From Alistipes sp. (lineage in GTDB: Bacteria; Bacteroidota; Bacteroidia; Bacteroidales; Rikenellaceae): 64,000 nucleotides of DNA. Positions 19,112 through 29,412 of this stretch are shown piece by piece; position 1 is the first letter of the stretch, and each line of letters starts with the position of its first letter. The position numbers and the translations under genes are program-made. The stretch lies in contig JAVVWE010000003.1 in NCBI GenBank assembly GCA_036652255.1, forward strand, positions 70,725-134,724, read 5' to 3'. The notes beneath the pieces were generated by a model that did no database searches, was not told the origin of the DNA, and saw only the letters and a program-made list of their open reading frames with translations.

Positions 19112-21250
19112 TTATTCGTCGAGCAGAATTTCAAGAATCTTAATTGCCGCCGTAGCGATTGGCGTGCCGGGGCCGAAGATAGCAGCAGCACCGTCCTTGT
19201 AGAGTTGATCGTAGTCCTGTGCCGGAATCACACCACCCACGATGACAATGATGTCTTCGCGACCCAATTTCTTGAGTTCGGCAATGATTTGAGGCACAAG
19301 GGTCAGGTGACCTGCGGCCAACGATGATACGCCCACAACGTGTACGTCGTTCTCGACAGCTTGCTTGGCTGCCTCGGCGGGAGTCTGGAACAGAGGTCCC
19401 ATATCGACATCGAAGCCGATGTCGGCGTAGCCCGTAGCCACTACCTTTGCGCCACGGTCGTGACCATCTTGACCCAACTTGGCAATCATGATACGTGGTT
19501 GACGACCCTCTTTTTTGGAGAATTTGGCAGCCAAATCTTTGGCGTGTGCAAATGATTTATCGTTTTTCACTTCTGAACTATAAACTCCTGAGATTGAACG
19601 GATAATTGCTTTATAACGACCTACGACCACTTCACAAGCATCGGAAATCTCACCTAATGATGCACGAACCTTAGCTGCTTCGATAGCCAATTCGAGCAAG
19701 TTGCCCTTCTTGGTCTTCACGCATTCGGTGATGGCTGCAAGCGTTCTCTTCACCGCAGCCTCATCGCGTGTTGCGCGCATCTTGTTCAGACGCTCAATTT
19801 GGCTCAGACGTACGGCGGTGTTGTCCACAGCCAAGATGTCAATCGGAGCCTCTTTCTCAAGGCGGTACTCATTCAGACCGATAATCTTCTCATTGCCTGA
19901 GTCGATACGAGCCTGTTTGCGAGCTGAAGCCTCTTCGATACGCATTTTCGGAATGCCGGTCTCGATAGCTTTCGCCATGCCGCCCAGTTTTTCGACCTCT
20001 TCAATCAGTTTCCATGCTTTGTCAGCCAACTCTTGCGTGAGTGACTCTACATAGTAGGAACCTGCCCAAGGATCGACTTCGCGGCAAATGCTGGTCTCTT
20101 CCTGAATGTAAATCTGTGTGTTACGTGCAATACGTGCCGAGAAATCCGTAGGCAGTGCAATTGCCTCATCGAGTGCATTGGTGTGCAGTGACTGAGTGTG
20201 ACCCAGAGCTGCGCCCATCGCTTCGATAGCCGTACGAGCTACGTTGTTGAACGGATCCTGCTCGGTGAGCGACCATCCCGAAGTCTGGCAGTGGGTACGT
20301 AGAGCTAATGATTTGGGGTTCTTAGGTTCGAATTGTTTTACAATCTTCGCCCACAACATACGTCCAGCACGCATCTTGGCAATCTCCATGAAGTGGTTCA
20401 TGCCGATGGCCCAGAAGAATGACAAACGAGGTGCAAATGCGTCGACTGACATACCGGCATTGACACCTGCGCGCAGGTACTCCATACCATCCGCCAAGGT
20501 GTAAGCCAACTCGATATCGTTCGTTGCACCAGCCTCTTGCATATGGTAACCCGAAATGGAAATCGAGTTGAATTTAGGCATATTTTTAGCTGTGTACTCG
20601 AAAATATCAGCGATAATCTGCATGGAGAAGGTTGGAGGATAAATATAGGTATTACGAACCATGAACTCCTTCAAAATATCGTTCTGGATGGTACCTGCCA
20701 GTTGATCGAGCGTGCAGCCCTGCTCCAAACCGGTGACGATGTAGAACGCCAAGATAGGAAGTACAGCACCGTTCATGGTCATTGAAACCGACATCTTGTC
20801 GAGCGGAATACCATTGAAAAGCACCTTCATGTCCTCTACCGAGCAGATTGAAACACCTGCCTTACCTACGTCGCCCACTACGCGCGGATGATCCGCATCG
20901 TAGCCACGGTGTGTAGCCAAGTCGAATGCCACCGACAGACCCTTTTGACCTGCGGCTAAGTTGCGACGGTAGAATGCGTTGGACTCCTCGGCTGTCGAGA
21001 AACCTGCATACTGGCGCACTGTCCAAGGACGCATTACGTACATCGTCGAGTAGGGACCACGGAGGAATGGAGCTACACCTGCCGAATAGTTCAGGTGTTC
21101 CATGCCCGCTAAATCTTCAGCCGAGTAGCTTCCTTTGACGGGAATCTGTTCAGCTGTGAGCCACGGTTCAACTTGACCGCAACCCTTCGAGGCGCAACAG
21201 CTTTTCTGTGTGCCTTTTTCGTATGATAATTCTGAAAATTTTGCTCTCAT
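19112..21250 (-). CDS. scpA: Methylmalonyl-CoA mutase, catalytic B12-binding subunit
   Basis: [30 protein letters not shown] (DxHxxG), SSLAAGH. Confidence 0.97.
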   Translation of the reverse strand: MRAKFSELSYEKGTQKSCCASKGCGQVEPWLTAEQIPVKGSYSAEDLAGMEHLNYSAGVAPFLRGPYSTMYVMRPWTVRQYAGFSTAEESNAFYRRNLAAGQKGLSVAFDLATHRGYDADHPRVVGDVGKAGVSICSVEDMKVLFNGIPLDKMSVSMTMNGAVLPILAFYIVTGLEQGCTLDQLAGTIQNDILKEFMVRNTYIYPPTFSMQIIADIFEYTAKNMPKFNSISISGYHMQEAGATNDIELAYTLADGMEYLRAGVNAGMSVDAFAPRLSFFWAIGMNHFMEIAKMRAGRMLWAKIVKQFEPKNPKSLALRTHCQTSGWSLTEQDPFNNVARTAIEAMGAALGHTQSLHTNALDEAIALPTDFSARIARNTQIYIQEETSICREVDPWAGSYYVESLTQELADKAWKLIEEVEKLGGMAKAIETGIPKMRIEEASARKQARIDSGNEKIIGLNEYRLEKEAPIDILAVDNTAVRLSQIERLNKMRATRDEAAVKRTLAAITECVKTKKGNLLELAIEAAKVRASLGEISDACEVVVGRYKAIIRSISGVYSSEVKNDKSFAHAKDLAAKFSKKEGRQPRIMIAKLGQDGHDRGAKVVATGYADIGFDVDMGPLFQTPAEAAKQAVENDVHVVGVSSLAAGHLTLVPQIIAELKKLGREDIIVIVGGVIPAQDYDQLYKDGAAAIFGPGTPIATAAIKILEILLDE

Positions 21251-21252
21251 AA

Positions 21253-23091
21253 TTAAATTCCCATCTCTTTAAGGTAGAACTTAAGTGATTCGAGGACGTT
21301 GCTCTTCACGTTCACGAAGTTTGCAATGCCCTTCGCCTCCAGCTCAGGAGCGCACGCGGGAGCACCTGCAACCACAAGGATTGCTTTGCCTGCGAGCATC
21401 TCTTTGATTTTGGGTGCAGCCTCAGCGTAGTCGTCGTCGCTTGCGCAGACCACCACAATTTCGGCTTTGGCTGCCAAAGCTGCCTTCACGCCCTCTTCGA
21501 TTGATTTGAAGAATGTGTTGTCAACGACTTTGATGCCAGCGCAAGCGAAGAAGTTGCAAGCGAATTGTGCACGTGCGCGAGCCATCGTCAGGCTACAGCA
21601 AGTGAGCATGAATGCCTGCGGTGCTTTGCCACTGCGATCGACTTGCAGACGCATCTGCTCAAAAGCCATCGAGCCACGGTAGGGAAGAAGCGTGTTCTTG
21701 CCTGCAGTGGGACGCTGCATGACTTCGGCTTTAATCTCTTTAGCGGCGGTTTCGTTGAAATTGGGATATTGGTTGGTGCCTAACAGGGTCTGACGGCGTG
21801 TTGCGATTGCCTTGTCTTTGGCTGCAGCCGATGCGTTTACGCGCTCGATGATGTAGCCTGCCTTGTAAGCCTCGGTGTAGCCACCTTTCTCCTCGATTTC
21901 GAGGAAGAGTTTCCACGCTTGCTCAGCCATAGACTGGGTCAGGGTCTCGATATAGTAGGAGCCACCTGCGGGGTCAACTACCTGATCGAAATGTGCTTCA
22001 TGCTTGAGCACCAGCTCCACATTGCGAGCGATACGCTTAGCCAATTCGTTGGGCTCCTCGTAGGGGGCATCGAACGGAGTGACTTCGAGTGAGTGCACAC
22101 CTGCGATGGATGCCGACATTGCCTCGGTTGTACCGCGCAACATATTGGCATAGGGATCGTAGACGGTTTGGTTCCAGCTTGAGGTCACGGCGTGAACAAA
22201 CATTTTGGCTGCGCAATCCTTTGCAGGGTTGTAAGCTTTGACGATGTTAGCCCACAACAGACGTGCTGCGCGGAACTTAGCAATCTCCAAAAAGTAGTTG
22301 GATGTAACACCCAGCGAGAAGCGGATGTTGCGTGCTGCTTGGTCGATAGTCACACCGGCATCGGTCAGACGAGCCAGATAATCGTTACCTGCTGCCAGAG
22401 CGAAAGCCAACTCCTCGACGATGGTTGAGCCTGCGTTGCCGAAGATGTGTCCCGATACGTTTACCACACGGATGTGTTTGTACTCGGCTGTGCGCTGAAT
22501 CAGTGCAACAATTTTTTGTATGCACTCATCGCAGAGTTCGCCCTTCTGAGTCAACCCTTTGACGAGTGGATCGATGCAGAAACAGATGTGTACCTCCTCT
22601 TTTGCGATGGCTTCTTTCTCGATTTTGGCAAGCATAAGCGATGCTAAATCGGCGGTCTTAGGACCACAGAAGGTGATTTCTACCGCATTGATGCAGATTT
22701 CGTGCAACAAAACTTCGAGATCGGCAGCAGAGAACTTCTCCGAGCCAATGCAGAAACCGATGGAGTTAACACCGGTTGCCAACAGCTTCAATGCTTCGAC
22801 ATTGGCTGCTTTGGGGCACTCGACTTGGATGGTCTGGTGTACGTGCCAACGGTTGTGGGCGCGTGTGCCGCGTACGAATGGGAACTCTCCTGCTTGAGAG
22901 TCCATGAACTTGATACCCTTGAGGTCTTCGGCACGATAGTAGGGACGGACGTTGAAACCTTCGCCCGTGCGCCATACCAGTTTGCGCTCGTAGTCAGCAC
23001 CTTTCAGGTCGGCTGTAATCACCTCTTCCCAACGCTCCGTGGTAACGGGCGGGAATTCGGTGAACAGCTTTTCACGTTTGGTATTTGCCAT
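21253..23091 (-). CDS. mutA: Methylmalonyl-CoA mutase small (non-catalytic) subunit
   Basis: [29 protein letters not shown]; lacks DxHxxG. Confidence 0.93.
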   Translation of the reverse strand: MANTKREKLFTEFPPVTTERWEEVITADLKGADYERKLVWRTGEGFNVRPYYRAEDLKGIKFMDSQAGEFPFVRGTRAHNRWHVHQTIQVECPKAANVEALKLLATGVNSIGFCIGSEKFSAADLEVLLHEICINAVEITFCGPKTADLASLMLAKIEKEAIAKEEVHICFCIDPLVKGLTQKGELCDECIQKIVALIQRTAEYKHIRVVNVSGHIFGNAGSTIVEELAFALAAGNDYLARLTDAGVTIDQAARNIRFSLGVTSNYFLEIAKFRAARLLWANIVKAYNPAKDCAAKMFVHAVTSSWNQTVYDPYANMLRGTTEAMSASIAGVHSLEVTPFDAPYEEPNELAKRIARNVELVLKHEAHFDQVVDPAGGSYYIETLTQSMAEQAWKLFLEIEEKGGYTEAYKAGYIIERVNASAAAKDKAIATRRQTLLGTNQYPNFNETAAKEIKAEVMQRPTAGKNTLLPYRGSMAFEQMRLQVDRSGKAPQAFMLTCCSLTMARARAQFACNFFACAGIKVVDNTFFKSIEEGVKAALAAKAEIVVVCASDDDYAEAAPKIKEMLAGKAILVVAGAPACAPELEAKGIANFVNVKSNVLESLKFYLKEMGI

Positions 23092-23213
23092 AACTATTTG
23101 AGATTAGTATAAGTGTTATTTCAAAATTTCATGTAAAGGTAGTAATTAAATAGGATATAGTAAAATAAATCGTTAACAAAATAACAATGTGTAACTTTTT
23201 TCGCTTTTTCTTG

Positions 23214-24803
23214 TTATTTTATTACTTCCTTTAGTGCCGAGCCTTCGGAGGCAGCGGGCTCGCGTACATTCAACAGACGGGCAAGGGTGGGGGCAACGGA
23301 GGTCATGTCAACGCTGCCATCCACCTGTTGGGGTGCAATGCCTCCACCGTAGATAATCAACGGCACATTGGTGTCGTAGCCGTACATTGAACCCGATGAG
23401 GAGCGGCAACGGTCGCGCTCTTCAATCCAGCCGGGCATGAGATTGATAATCACATCGCCCGAACGGCGTGGGTAAAAGCTATTTTGCATCTTGCGTGCAT
23501 AGCCGCTGCCGAAATAGCTCATTCGCATCGCCGTGGCTGAAAGTGCGTGTGACACACCGCGAAATTGCATGATGAAAATTGCTGCTTCGTTCTGTACTTC
23601 AGCCAAATTTAGTCCGCGTTCGTAAATCAGATTGTGGTCCAAGTAGAGACATTTGTCTTCGTATTCGAGCACCCAATTGCCTACTCCGTAGCGGACGTTG
23701 AGGAAACTGTTGACAATCACTTCAAATTGTCGGATGTTGAATCGGTCACGCACTTCGCGTCCGCTGTCGTAGGAGGGACTGGTTCCGTGGTCAGAGGTGA
23801 GCACCACGATTACATTTCCCTCGCCGGCTTGTGCGTCGAGAAAGGTCAGGAAGTCGGTTAGGTCTTTATCCAATCGATAATACATATCCTCCACCTCAAT
23901 CGACTCAGGTCCATAGGCTTCGCTGATTGTACGCGGTGCGTCTAAGCAAATATTCAGCAGGTCGGGAACCTTGTCTGTCCCCAATTTGTACTGCGTTACG
24001 ACTTGCTTCGCCAACCCTAAAACAGCACTGTTACCTGCCGGAGTGTAGCGCATACAGTCTATCTCTTTGTTGAGTTTGACGGTCGACGGGCGTTTGGTAC
24101 GCTCCTCCTTTTTGCTTTGTGGCAGAAGGACGATGTCGTAGCGTTTTTTGTTGATATACTGATTTTTATCGAGTAGTGTGCTCCACTGCTCAAGGAGATA
24201 AGAGAGGTTGAATCGCTCTTGGTTCGAAATCCGCATCCAGACAGGCAGTTGCTCGTCGTACCACACTGAGCTCTCCCAGTTGCAGTGTGTGTTTTCCATC
24301 CAAAAGGCGTGACCAGCACCTCCCGCCATGACCACAGCCGATTCGGGATCCATGGCGATGGAGACAATGCCACTTGTGGGTGAATCGAGTGCAAGTGCTT
24401 CGCTAAGTGTGGGGGCAATCAGGTTGCGCGGAGAGATACCTCCCTTGCCGCGAATTAGATCAACGGGTTCATTTTCAACATAATCGCGCCAATGTGTACC
24501 AATTACGCCGTGTGTCGAGGGCTGTGCGCCCGTGGTCAGTGTGGCGAGCGATATGGGGGTTGTTGTTTGTTGGTAGTTGTAGCGGCAATCGGTGAAGGAG
24601 ACACCACCTTCGCGCAGGCGCAGCAGCCCTCCTTTGCCGAAGTTGGCAGCATAACGATTGATATCCTCGGCGCGCATCGAGCTGACGACAATCTGCACCA
24701 CAAGACGTGGTGTCTGTGTCGGTTGAGTTGAAGTTTGAGCTGTAATGTGGGTTGTCCCGAAGAGGAGCAGTGCGGCTATGGTGGAAGCGAATATTTTGAT
24801 CAT
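23214..24803 (-). CDS. PafA-like alkaline-phosphatase-superfamily protein with degenerate active site
   Basis: Alignable by eye along its length to PafA-type enzymes (TGAQPSTHG, SPRNL, TPAGN, YGPESIEVED, TSDHG, RSGD, YDTNVPL). Confidence 0.85.
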   Translation of the reverse strand: MIKIFASTIAALLLFGTTHITAQTSTQPTQTPRLVVQIVVSSMRAEDINRYAANFGKGGLLRLREGGVSFTDCRYNYQQTTTPISLATLTTGAQPSTHGVIGTHWRDYVENEPVDLIRGKGGISPRNLIAPTLSEALALDSPTSGIVSIAMDPESAVVMAGGAGHAFWMENTHCNWESSVWYDEQLPVWMRISNQERFNLSYLLEQWSTLLDKNQYINKKRYDIVLLPQSKKEERTKRPSTVKLNKEIDCMRYTPAGNSAVLGLAKQVVTQYKLGTDKVPDLLNICLDAPRTISEAYGPESIEVEDMYYRLDKDLTDFLTFLDAQAGEGNVIVVLTSDHGTSPSYDSGREVRDRFNIRQFEVIVNSFLNVRYGVGNWVLEYEDKCLYLDHNLIYERGLNLAEVQNEAAIFIMQFRGVSHALSATAMRMSYFGSGYARKMQNSFYPRRSGDVIINLMPGWIEERDRCRSSSGSMYGYDTNVPLIIYGGGIAPQQVDGSVDMTSVAPTLARLLNVREPAASEGSALKEVIK

Positions 24804-24840
24804 TTTGGCTAAGTGATTTTGAGCCGCAAATTTACACTTT

Positions 24841-25803
24841 TTATTTTAAATACTTCTCGAAATGCGTGTGCTCTTCAGTGAAATTTATTTGGGGCAGGGC
24901 GGTAATTTGCGCTAATTGTTTGCGGCAGAAGGCGCGAAACGACTCGCTCGATGGATGTTGAGGTCGATGTGCTGCGGCTGTAACAATTTGATTAACAATC
25001 GGCAACAGCTGTTGCGCCTCGTCCGTGAGTGCTGTGCGTACAAACTGCTCCCAGATGTACGTCACCGCTTGCGGAGCAGGGTGCACCAAGTCGTCGGCAT
25101 AGAAGCGATAGTCGCGCAGATCGTCGTTCAGAATTTCGTAGGCGGGGAAGTAGTGAACTTGCGGAAACCGCTCCGTAAGCTCGGCAGCAGCAAGGCGTAA
25201 TGTGGCTTTACTCAAGGCATTATCCTCCAATCCATCACCGATGTGCCGCACCGGACTGACCGTGAGAATTATTTGTCGATGGGTGAGCAGTGTATCAAAA
25301 AGTTCCGCGAATTCTGCAACAATTTCTGCTACCGTCAGTCGGCATCGCGTAAACTCAGTGGCGGGGTGGTGGTGGCAGTTCGCAACAATTTGCCCATTTT
25401 TTTTATAGACCCACGCAGTGCCGAATGTGAGCAGCAATCGGTCTGCGTCGCGGAGGGCTTTGGTGCCCGTTGTGCGCGCGGCATTCATTTGTGCGAGTGC
25501 CTCGTCGGGGCTGAGTGCAGAGAGCGATCCGTGAAAATCGAAATGATGCCAAACTCCCTCTGTTTCATATAATTCAGTGCGCTGAACGGACAGAGCTTCG
25601 GCGAAGTTGCGCAGAGCGGCAGCGATGGAGGAGGGGTTGAAAAGCACCCCTGTGGGGTTGGTCGTGCAGTCGAAATGGAGATGCCTTAGGCGCGCAGACA
25701 TTTGGTCAGCGAAGCACGAACCAAGGGCTAAAATCCGGTTCGAGTAGCCGATTCGTGCTTTGGGGGCGTAGGGTGCGATTTTGATTTCGGTACGAAATTT
25801 CAT
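24841..25803 (-). CDS. GSCFA domain protein
   Basis: LGSCFA, TFGTAWVY, LTVSPVRH, YFPAYEI, DDLRDYRFY. Confidence 0.93.
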   Translation of the reverse strand: MKFRTEIKIAPYAPKARIGYSNRILALGSCFADQMSARLRHLHFDCTTNPTGVLFNPSSIAAALRNFAEALSVQRTELYETEGVWHHFDFHGSLSALSPDEALAQMNAARTTGTKALRDADRLLLTFGTAWVYKKNGQIVANCHHHPATEFTRCRLTVAEIVAEFAELFDTLLTHRQIILTVSPVRHIGDGLEDNALSKATLRLAAAELTERFPQVHYFPAYEILNDDLRDYRFYADDLVHPAPQAVTYIWEQFVRTALTDEAQQLLPIVNQIVTAAAHRPQHPSSESFRAFCRKQLAQITALPQINFTEEHTHFEKYLK

Positions 25804-25807
25804 GCAA

Positions 25808-25845
25808 CAAAAATAGGCAAAATTTGCGAATTGTGGCTATCTTTG
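25808..25845. promoter_or_regulatory. Back-to-back -7 boxes for GSCFA (minus, 25808-25815) and ispE (plus, 25838-25845)
   Basis: TATTTTTG and TATCTTTG, each 4 nt from its ATG. Confidence 0.75.
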
Positions 25846-25849
25846 TTCC

Positions 25850-26677
25850 ATGATTCGAAAGGCAAACTGCAAGATTAACATCGGTCTGGATGTGTTGCGA
25901 CAACGCGACGATGGCTACCATGAACTGGCGACGGTGATGGTGCCTGTGGCGGGATTGTTCGACGAAGTGGAGGTGACACGCGCGGCTGAGGTCTCGTTTC
26001 GTGTGGTCGGAATGGTGATTGATTGTCCTGTGCAGGAGAATCTTTGTCTTCGTGCAGTGCGACTTATGCAGTCGCGTTATAACGTTGGTGGTGTGTGTGT
26101 TACACTTCTTAAGCGAGTGCCTTTCGGTGCGGGTTTGGGAGGTGGATCATCCGATGCTACGGCCGTTATCATGGCGATGAATGAGCTTTTTGAGTTGCAT
26201 CTGCCTGAATCGGAGCTTATTGCTTGTGCAGCTACACTGGGAAGCGATACGGCATTTTTTGTGCGCAATACGCCGCAATTTTGCACAGGACGCGGTGAGG
26301 TGATGACCCCTTTCGCGCTCCATCTTTCGGGACGGACGTTGGTGTTGGTAAAGCCTGCTGAGGGCGTTTCGACGCGCGAAGCATATGCAGGGGTTGTGCC
26401 CCACGTGCCTATAATTCCGCTTTGTGAGCGGTTGCAGCAACCCCTATCTACATGGCAGCAGAGTGTGAAAAATGACTTTGAACCCTCGGTTTTCGCTGCC
26501 CATCCACGCATTCGCACCTTGAAAGAGTCGTTGCAGCGCGCAGGGGCAATCTACGCCTCGATGTCGGGCAGCGGCTCAACGCTCTATGGCATTTTCGACG
26601 GTGTGCAAGACGTTGTTTTGTTGCGTAGAACTTTGCAACTCACTGATTGTGAGATGCTTTTTGTCTTCGAACTGTAA
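25850..26677 (+). CDS. ispE: 4-diphosphocytidyl-2-C-methyl-D-erythritol kinase
   Basis: KINIGL, GYHEL, PFGAGLGGGSSDA, LGSD, MSGSGS. Confidence 0.96.
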   Translation: MIRKANCKINIGLDVLRQRDDGYHELATVMVPVAGLFDEVEVTRAAEVSFRVVGMVIDCPVQENLCLRAVRLMQSRYNVGGVCVTLLKRVPFGAGLGGGSSDATAVIMAMNELFELHLPESELIACAATLGSDTAFFVRNTPQFCTGRGEVMTPFALHLSGRTLVLVKPAEGVSTREAYAGVVPHVPIIPLCERLQQPLSTWQQSVKNDFEPSVFAAHPRIRTLKESLQRAGAIYASMSGSGSTLYGIFDGVQDVVLLRRTLQLTDCEMLFVFEL

Positions 26678-26681
26678 AGTC

Positions 26682-27374
26682 TTATTCTTTTTTTCGGGCA
26701 GCGATGGCGAGTATTAGCCCCAGTGCGACCCCTAAAAGTGCAGCAAAGAGTACGCGCAGTGAGGGTGGTAAGATGAATGTGATGGTGTGCGCGGGGTACC
26801 AGAAGAGAGGAATGGTTCGCTTGAAGACGAAATTCCATTGCACATTCCAATTTAAATTCGGAATGATGGTTCCGAATGGAATGGGAGTCCATAGCGAGGC
26901 TAAACGTCCGTGCTGTTGAATGATGTGAGTGTCCGTGATTTTATGGAGTGTCATGAAGATGGGGGCAAAAATGGTATTCATGGCAACCGATATGCAAAAG
27001 GCAACAAATAATTTCGCCATGGTGAAATGGGGCGCGGTGAAGACAGCTACGGCATCGGTCATGCCGCAATACTCCAACAAGCAGGGAGTTCCCTTCGAGA
27101 AGATAATCATGGCAGCATTGATTCCCACGCCTAATATTCCCCACACCACAGCGCGTGGAAGCAGTCCGAAGTCGGGTGCGGTGTAGCATCCTTTGGCGAT
27201 GCGAAGCCCGATCATTTCGCCCATGGTCGCCAGAATACCGAATTTCACGAAGCTCATCCACATCCCATGTTGGGCAGTGAGGTCGAAAAACAGGTCGGTC
27301 AAAGGACGACAGAAAATGAAGGGTAAAAAGAGGCAAAGTGCAAATAAAATGAAGAGATAATCCTGTTTTTTCAT
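26682..27374 (-). CDS. Integral membrane protein (possibly Mpv17/PMP22-like)
   Basis: Several hydrophobic segments; FWYPAHTITF resembles the Mpv17 WxPxQxxNF motif. Confidence 0.65.
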   Translation of the reverse strand: MKKQDYLFILFALCLFLPFIFCRPLTDLFFDLTAQHGMWMSFVKFGILATMGEMIGLRIAKGCYTAPDFGLLPRAVVWGILGVGINAAMIIFSKGTPCLLEYCGMTDAVAVFTAPHFTMAKLFVAFCISVAMNTIFAPIFMTLHKITDTHIIQQHGRLASLWTPIPFGTIIPNLNWNVQWNFVFKRTIPLFWYPAHTITFILPPSLRVLFAALLGVALGLILAIAARKKE

Positions 27375-27492
27375 AGTTTGGTTTCAATCTGTACCATAAA
27401 GGTAACGGATTTTTTCGAATTGGGGTGAATCATTCTGGCGGATTTGCAATTTTTTTATACTTCCGATGCAAAAAATACGTTATCTTTGAAAA

Positions 27493-29337
27493 ATGTTCCT
27501 TCGGTGTACCATACCCCTTTTGGCGTTCTTGATTGTTGCAAACGCTTGTTTCTCACGAGAGGACGGTCGCTTAACGTCCCGCGACTCCGTAATGGTGCGA
27601 GTCAATCCATTGCCGACGGACAGCATCACCGCGCTGAATGCCAATAATCAACGACTATACGATAGTATCAAAGCCAAAACAAGCACCCGTGCTGTGCCGC
27701 GTATGCTCTATAAACTGCTATTTATCAAGCCCGTGGTCGATACAACGCTGTTGGGCGGTTTGGTTGTTGATGAAAGTCGTATCTTTGAGCCTTTCGAAGG
27801 GCGCACCATTGATCAAGTGATTATTGAGCGAGATCCCGTGTTCGATCGGGATGGTAATTGGTTTGAGCGTGCGGGTAACAAAGCCCACGTTCAGACTCGT
27901 GAGCGGATTATTCGACGTGATTTGCTTTTCAAATCGGGTGATCGAGTCGATGCCGAGTTGATGGTGCGCAACAAGCAACTGTTGCGTTCGCGCGCCTACA
28001 TCTCCGATGCGTGGGTGGTGTTGATGCCCGATTCGCTCGATTCGACCAAGGTTGATGTGGTGGTGCGTGCGCGCGATAGTTGGACTATCAGTGCCGAAAT
28101 GGGTTTTCACAAGGAGGGGCGCACTATGTTGGGACTTTACGATGCCAATATTTTAGGTACGGGTAATAAATTGAGTATCAACACCAATTTCAACCGCTCG
28201 ACGTTCGATTACGAAGGCAATATTGTGCAATATGAGATTCCCAACGTGTTGGGCAGCTTCTATACCGCCAAATTCTCTGCCGGTCGCGACTTCTATAATT
28301 CGGAATTACGGCTCGAATTGCGCAAGGATTTCATTCGTGCCACAGACTACGAAGTGGGCGTGGCGTACAACAACGTGAAATCGAAATACTACATGATTGA
28401 TCGCGATACTTCGGAGTTGGCTCGGGTGCGCAATTTCGACATTTGGGGCGGCTACTCTCACTATATCGCGTCGATGCGTTCGAGTATCTACTTTACGGGT
28501 CGTTATGGCTATGCCCATTACACGATGCGCCCTGAGGTCTCTGCCACGCACAACCCGTTTTTCCACGACCGCGATTACGTGCTTGCGGGATTGGGTTTCT
28601 ACCGCGAGAAATTCTACTCTGCCAACATGGTCTACGGCTTCGGTACGCGCGAGTACTTGGCTACGGGTTACAAAACTGAATTGGTGAGCGGCTATTCATG
28701 GGGCGAATTTACAGATCGTATGTATCTGGGTATGAGCTATAAATCGGGTGCGTTCACCTCTTTGGGCTACATCATGGGTGACTTCGCGCTCGGCAGCTAC
28801 ATCAACCTTCAGGGTGGTACGTGGACGCGTAGTGCGGTGGATGTCAATATGCGTTGGTTCTCGAATCTTTTCGTCTTTCGCCGCAATCGCATCCGTCAAT
28901 TTCTCTCGCTCAACTACACTCAGGGCTGGAATCGCGGCACAGGTAGCAACGAGTTGATTCGCTTCACCAAGCCTAATGATTTGCGAACGCTCAAGGAACA
29001 TATCACAGGTATCAATCGTTTGTTACTCAACACCGAAACTGTTCTTTTTACCCCCTTTCAACCACTCGGATTCCGCTTTGCCTTCTTTGGGTTTGCCGAT
29101 TTCGGGTTGTTGGGCAACCATGCCAATCCGTTTCAAAATGAGTTTTTCTCTTCGTTTGGCATCGGGCTGCGTATCCGAAATGAACGTTTGATTTTCAGTG
29201 CTATACAAATTCAATTGGGTGTCTCATTCGGTAAGCGCGGCTGGCTTGATAGCCATTACTTCCGCGTTTCGAACGCCACGCGCATGGAGCAGTATCGCTA
29301 CCTGCCGTATCGACCCGAAACGGTCAACTTTGAGTAA
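27493..29337 (+). CDS. Omp85/TamA-like outer-membrane protein (POTRA-like segment plus barrel)
   Basis: Signal peptide; HVQTRERIIRRDLLFKSGD...LRSRAYI...VVVRARDSW POTRA-like; DANILGTGN; C-terminal FGIGLRIRNE. Confidence 0.7.
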   Translation: MFLRCTIPLLAFLIVANACFSREDGRLTSRDSVMVRVNPLPTDSITALNANNQRLYDSIKAKTSTRAVPRMLYKLLFIKPVVDTTLLGGLVVDESRIFEPFEGRTIDQVIIERDPVFDRDGNWFERAGNKAHVQTRERIIRRDLLFKSGDRVDAELMVRNKQLLRSRAYISDAWVVLMPDSLDSTKVDVVVRARDSWTISAEMGFHKEGRTMLGLYDANILGTGNKLSINTNFNRSTFDYEGNIVQYEIPNVLGSFYTAKFSAGRDFYNSELRLELRKDFIRATDYEVGVAYNNVKSKYYMIDRDTSELARVRNFDIWGGYSHYIASMRSSIYFTGRYGYAHYTMRPEVSATHNPFFHDRDYVLAGLGFYREKFYSANMVYGFGTREYLATGYKTELVSGYSWGEFTDRMYLGMSYKSGAFTSLGYIMGDFALGSYINLQGGTWTRSAVDVNMRWFSNLFVFRRNRIRQFLSLNYTQGWNRGTGSNELIRFTKPNDLRTLKEHITGINRLLLNTETVLFTPFQPLGFRFAFFGFADFGLLGNHANPFQNEFFSSFGIGLRIRNERLIFSAIQIQLGVSFGKRGWLDSHYFRVSNATRMEQYRYLPYRPETVNFE

Positions 29338-29340
29338 ATT

Positions 29341-29375
29341 ACAGCGGCTGCATCTCTTCGAAATGCAGCCGCTGT
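29341..29375. terminator. Hairpin/terminator between convergent genes
   Basis: 13-bp stem acagcggctgcat / atgcagccgctgt. Confidence 0.75.
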
Positions 29376-29412
29376 GTTGAACTTTTTATGCGAGGTTAGA
29401 AATTTTTTGTTC

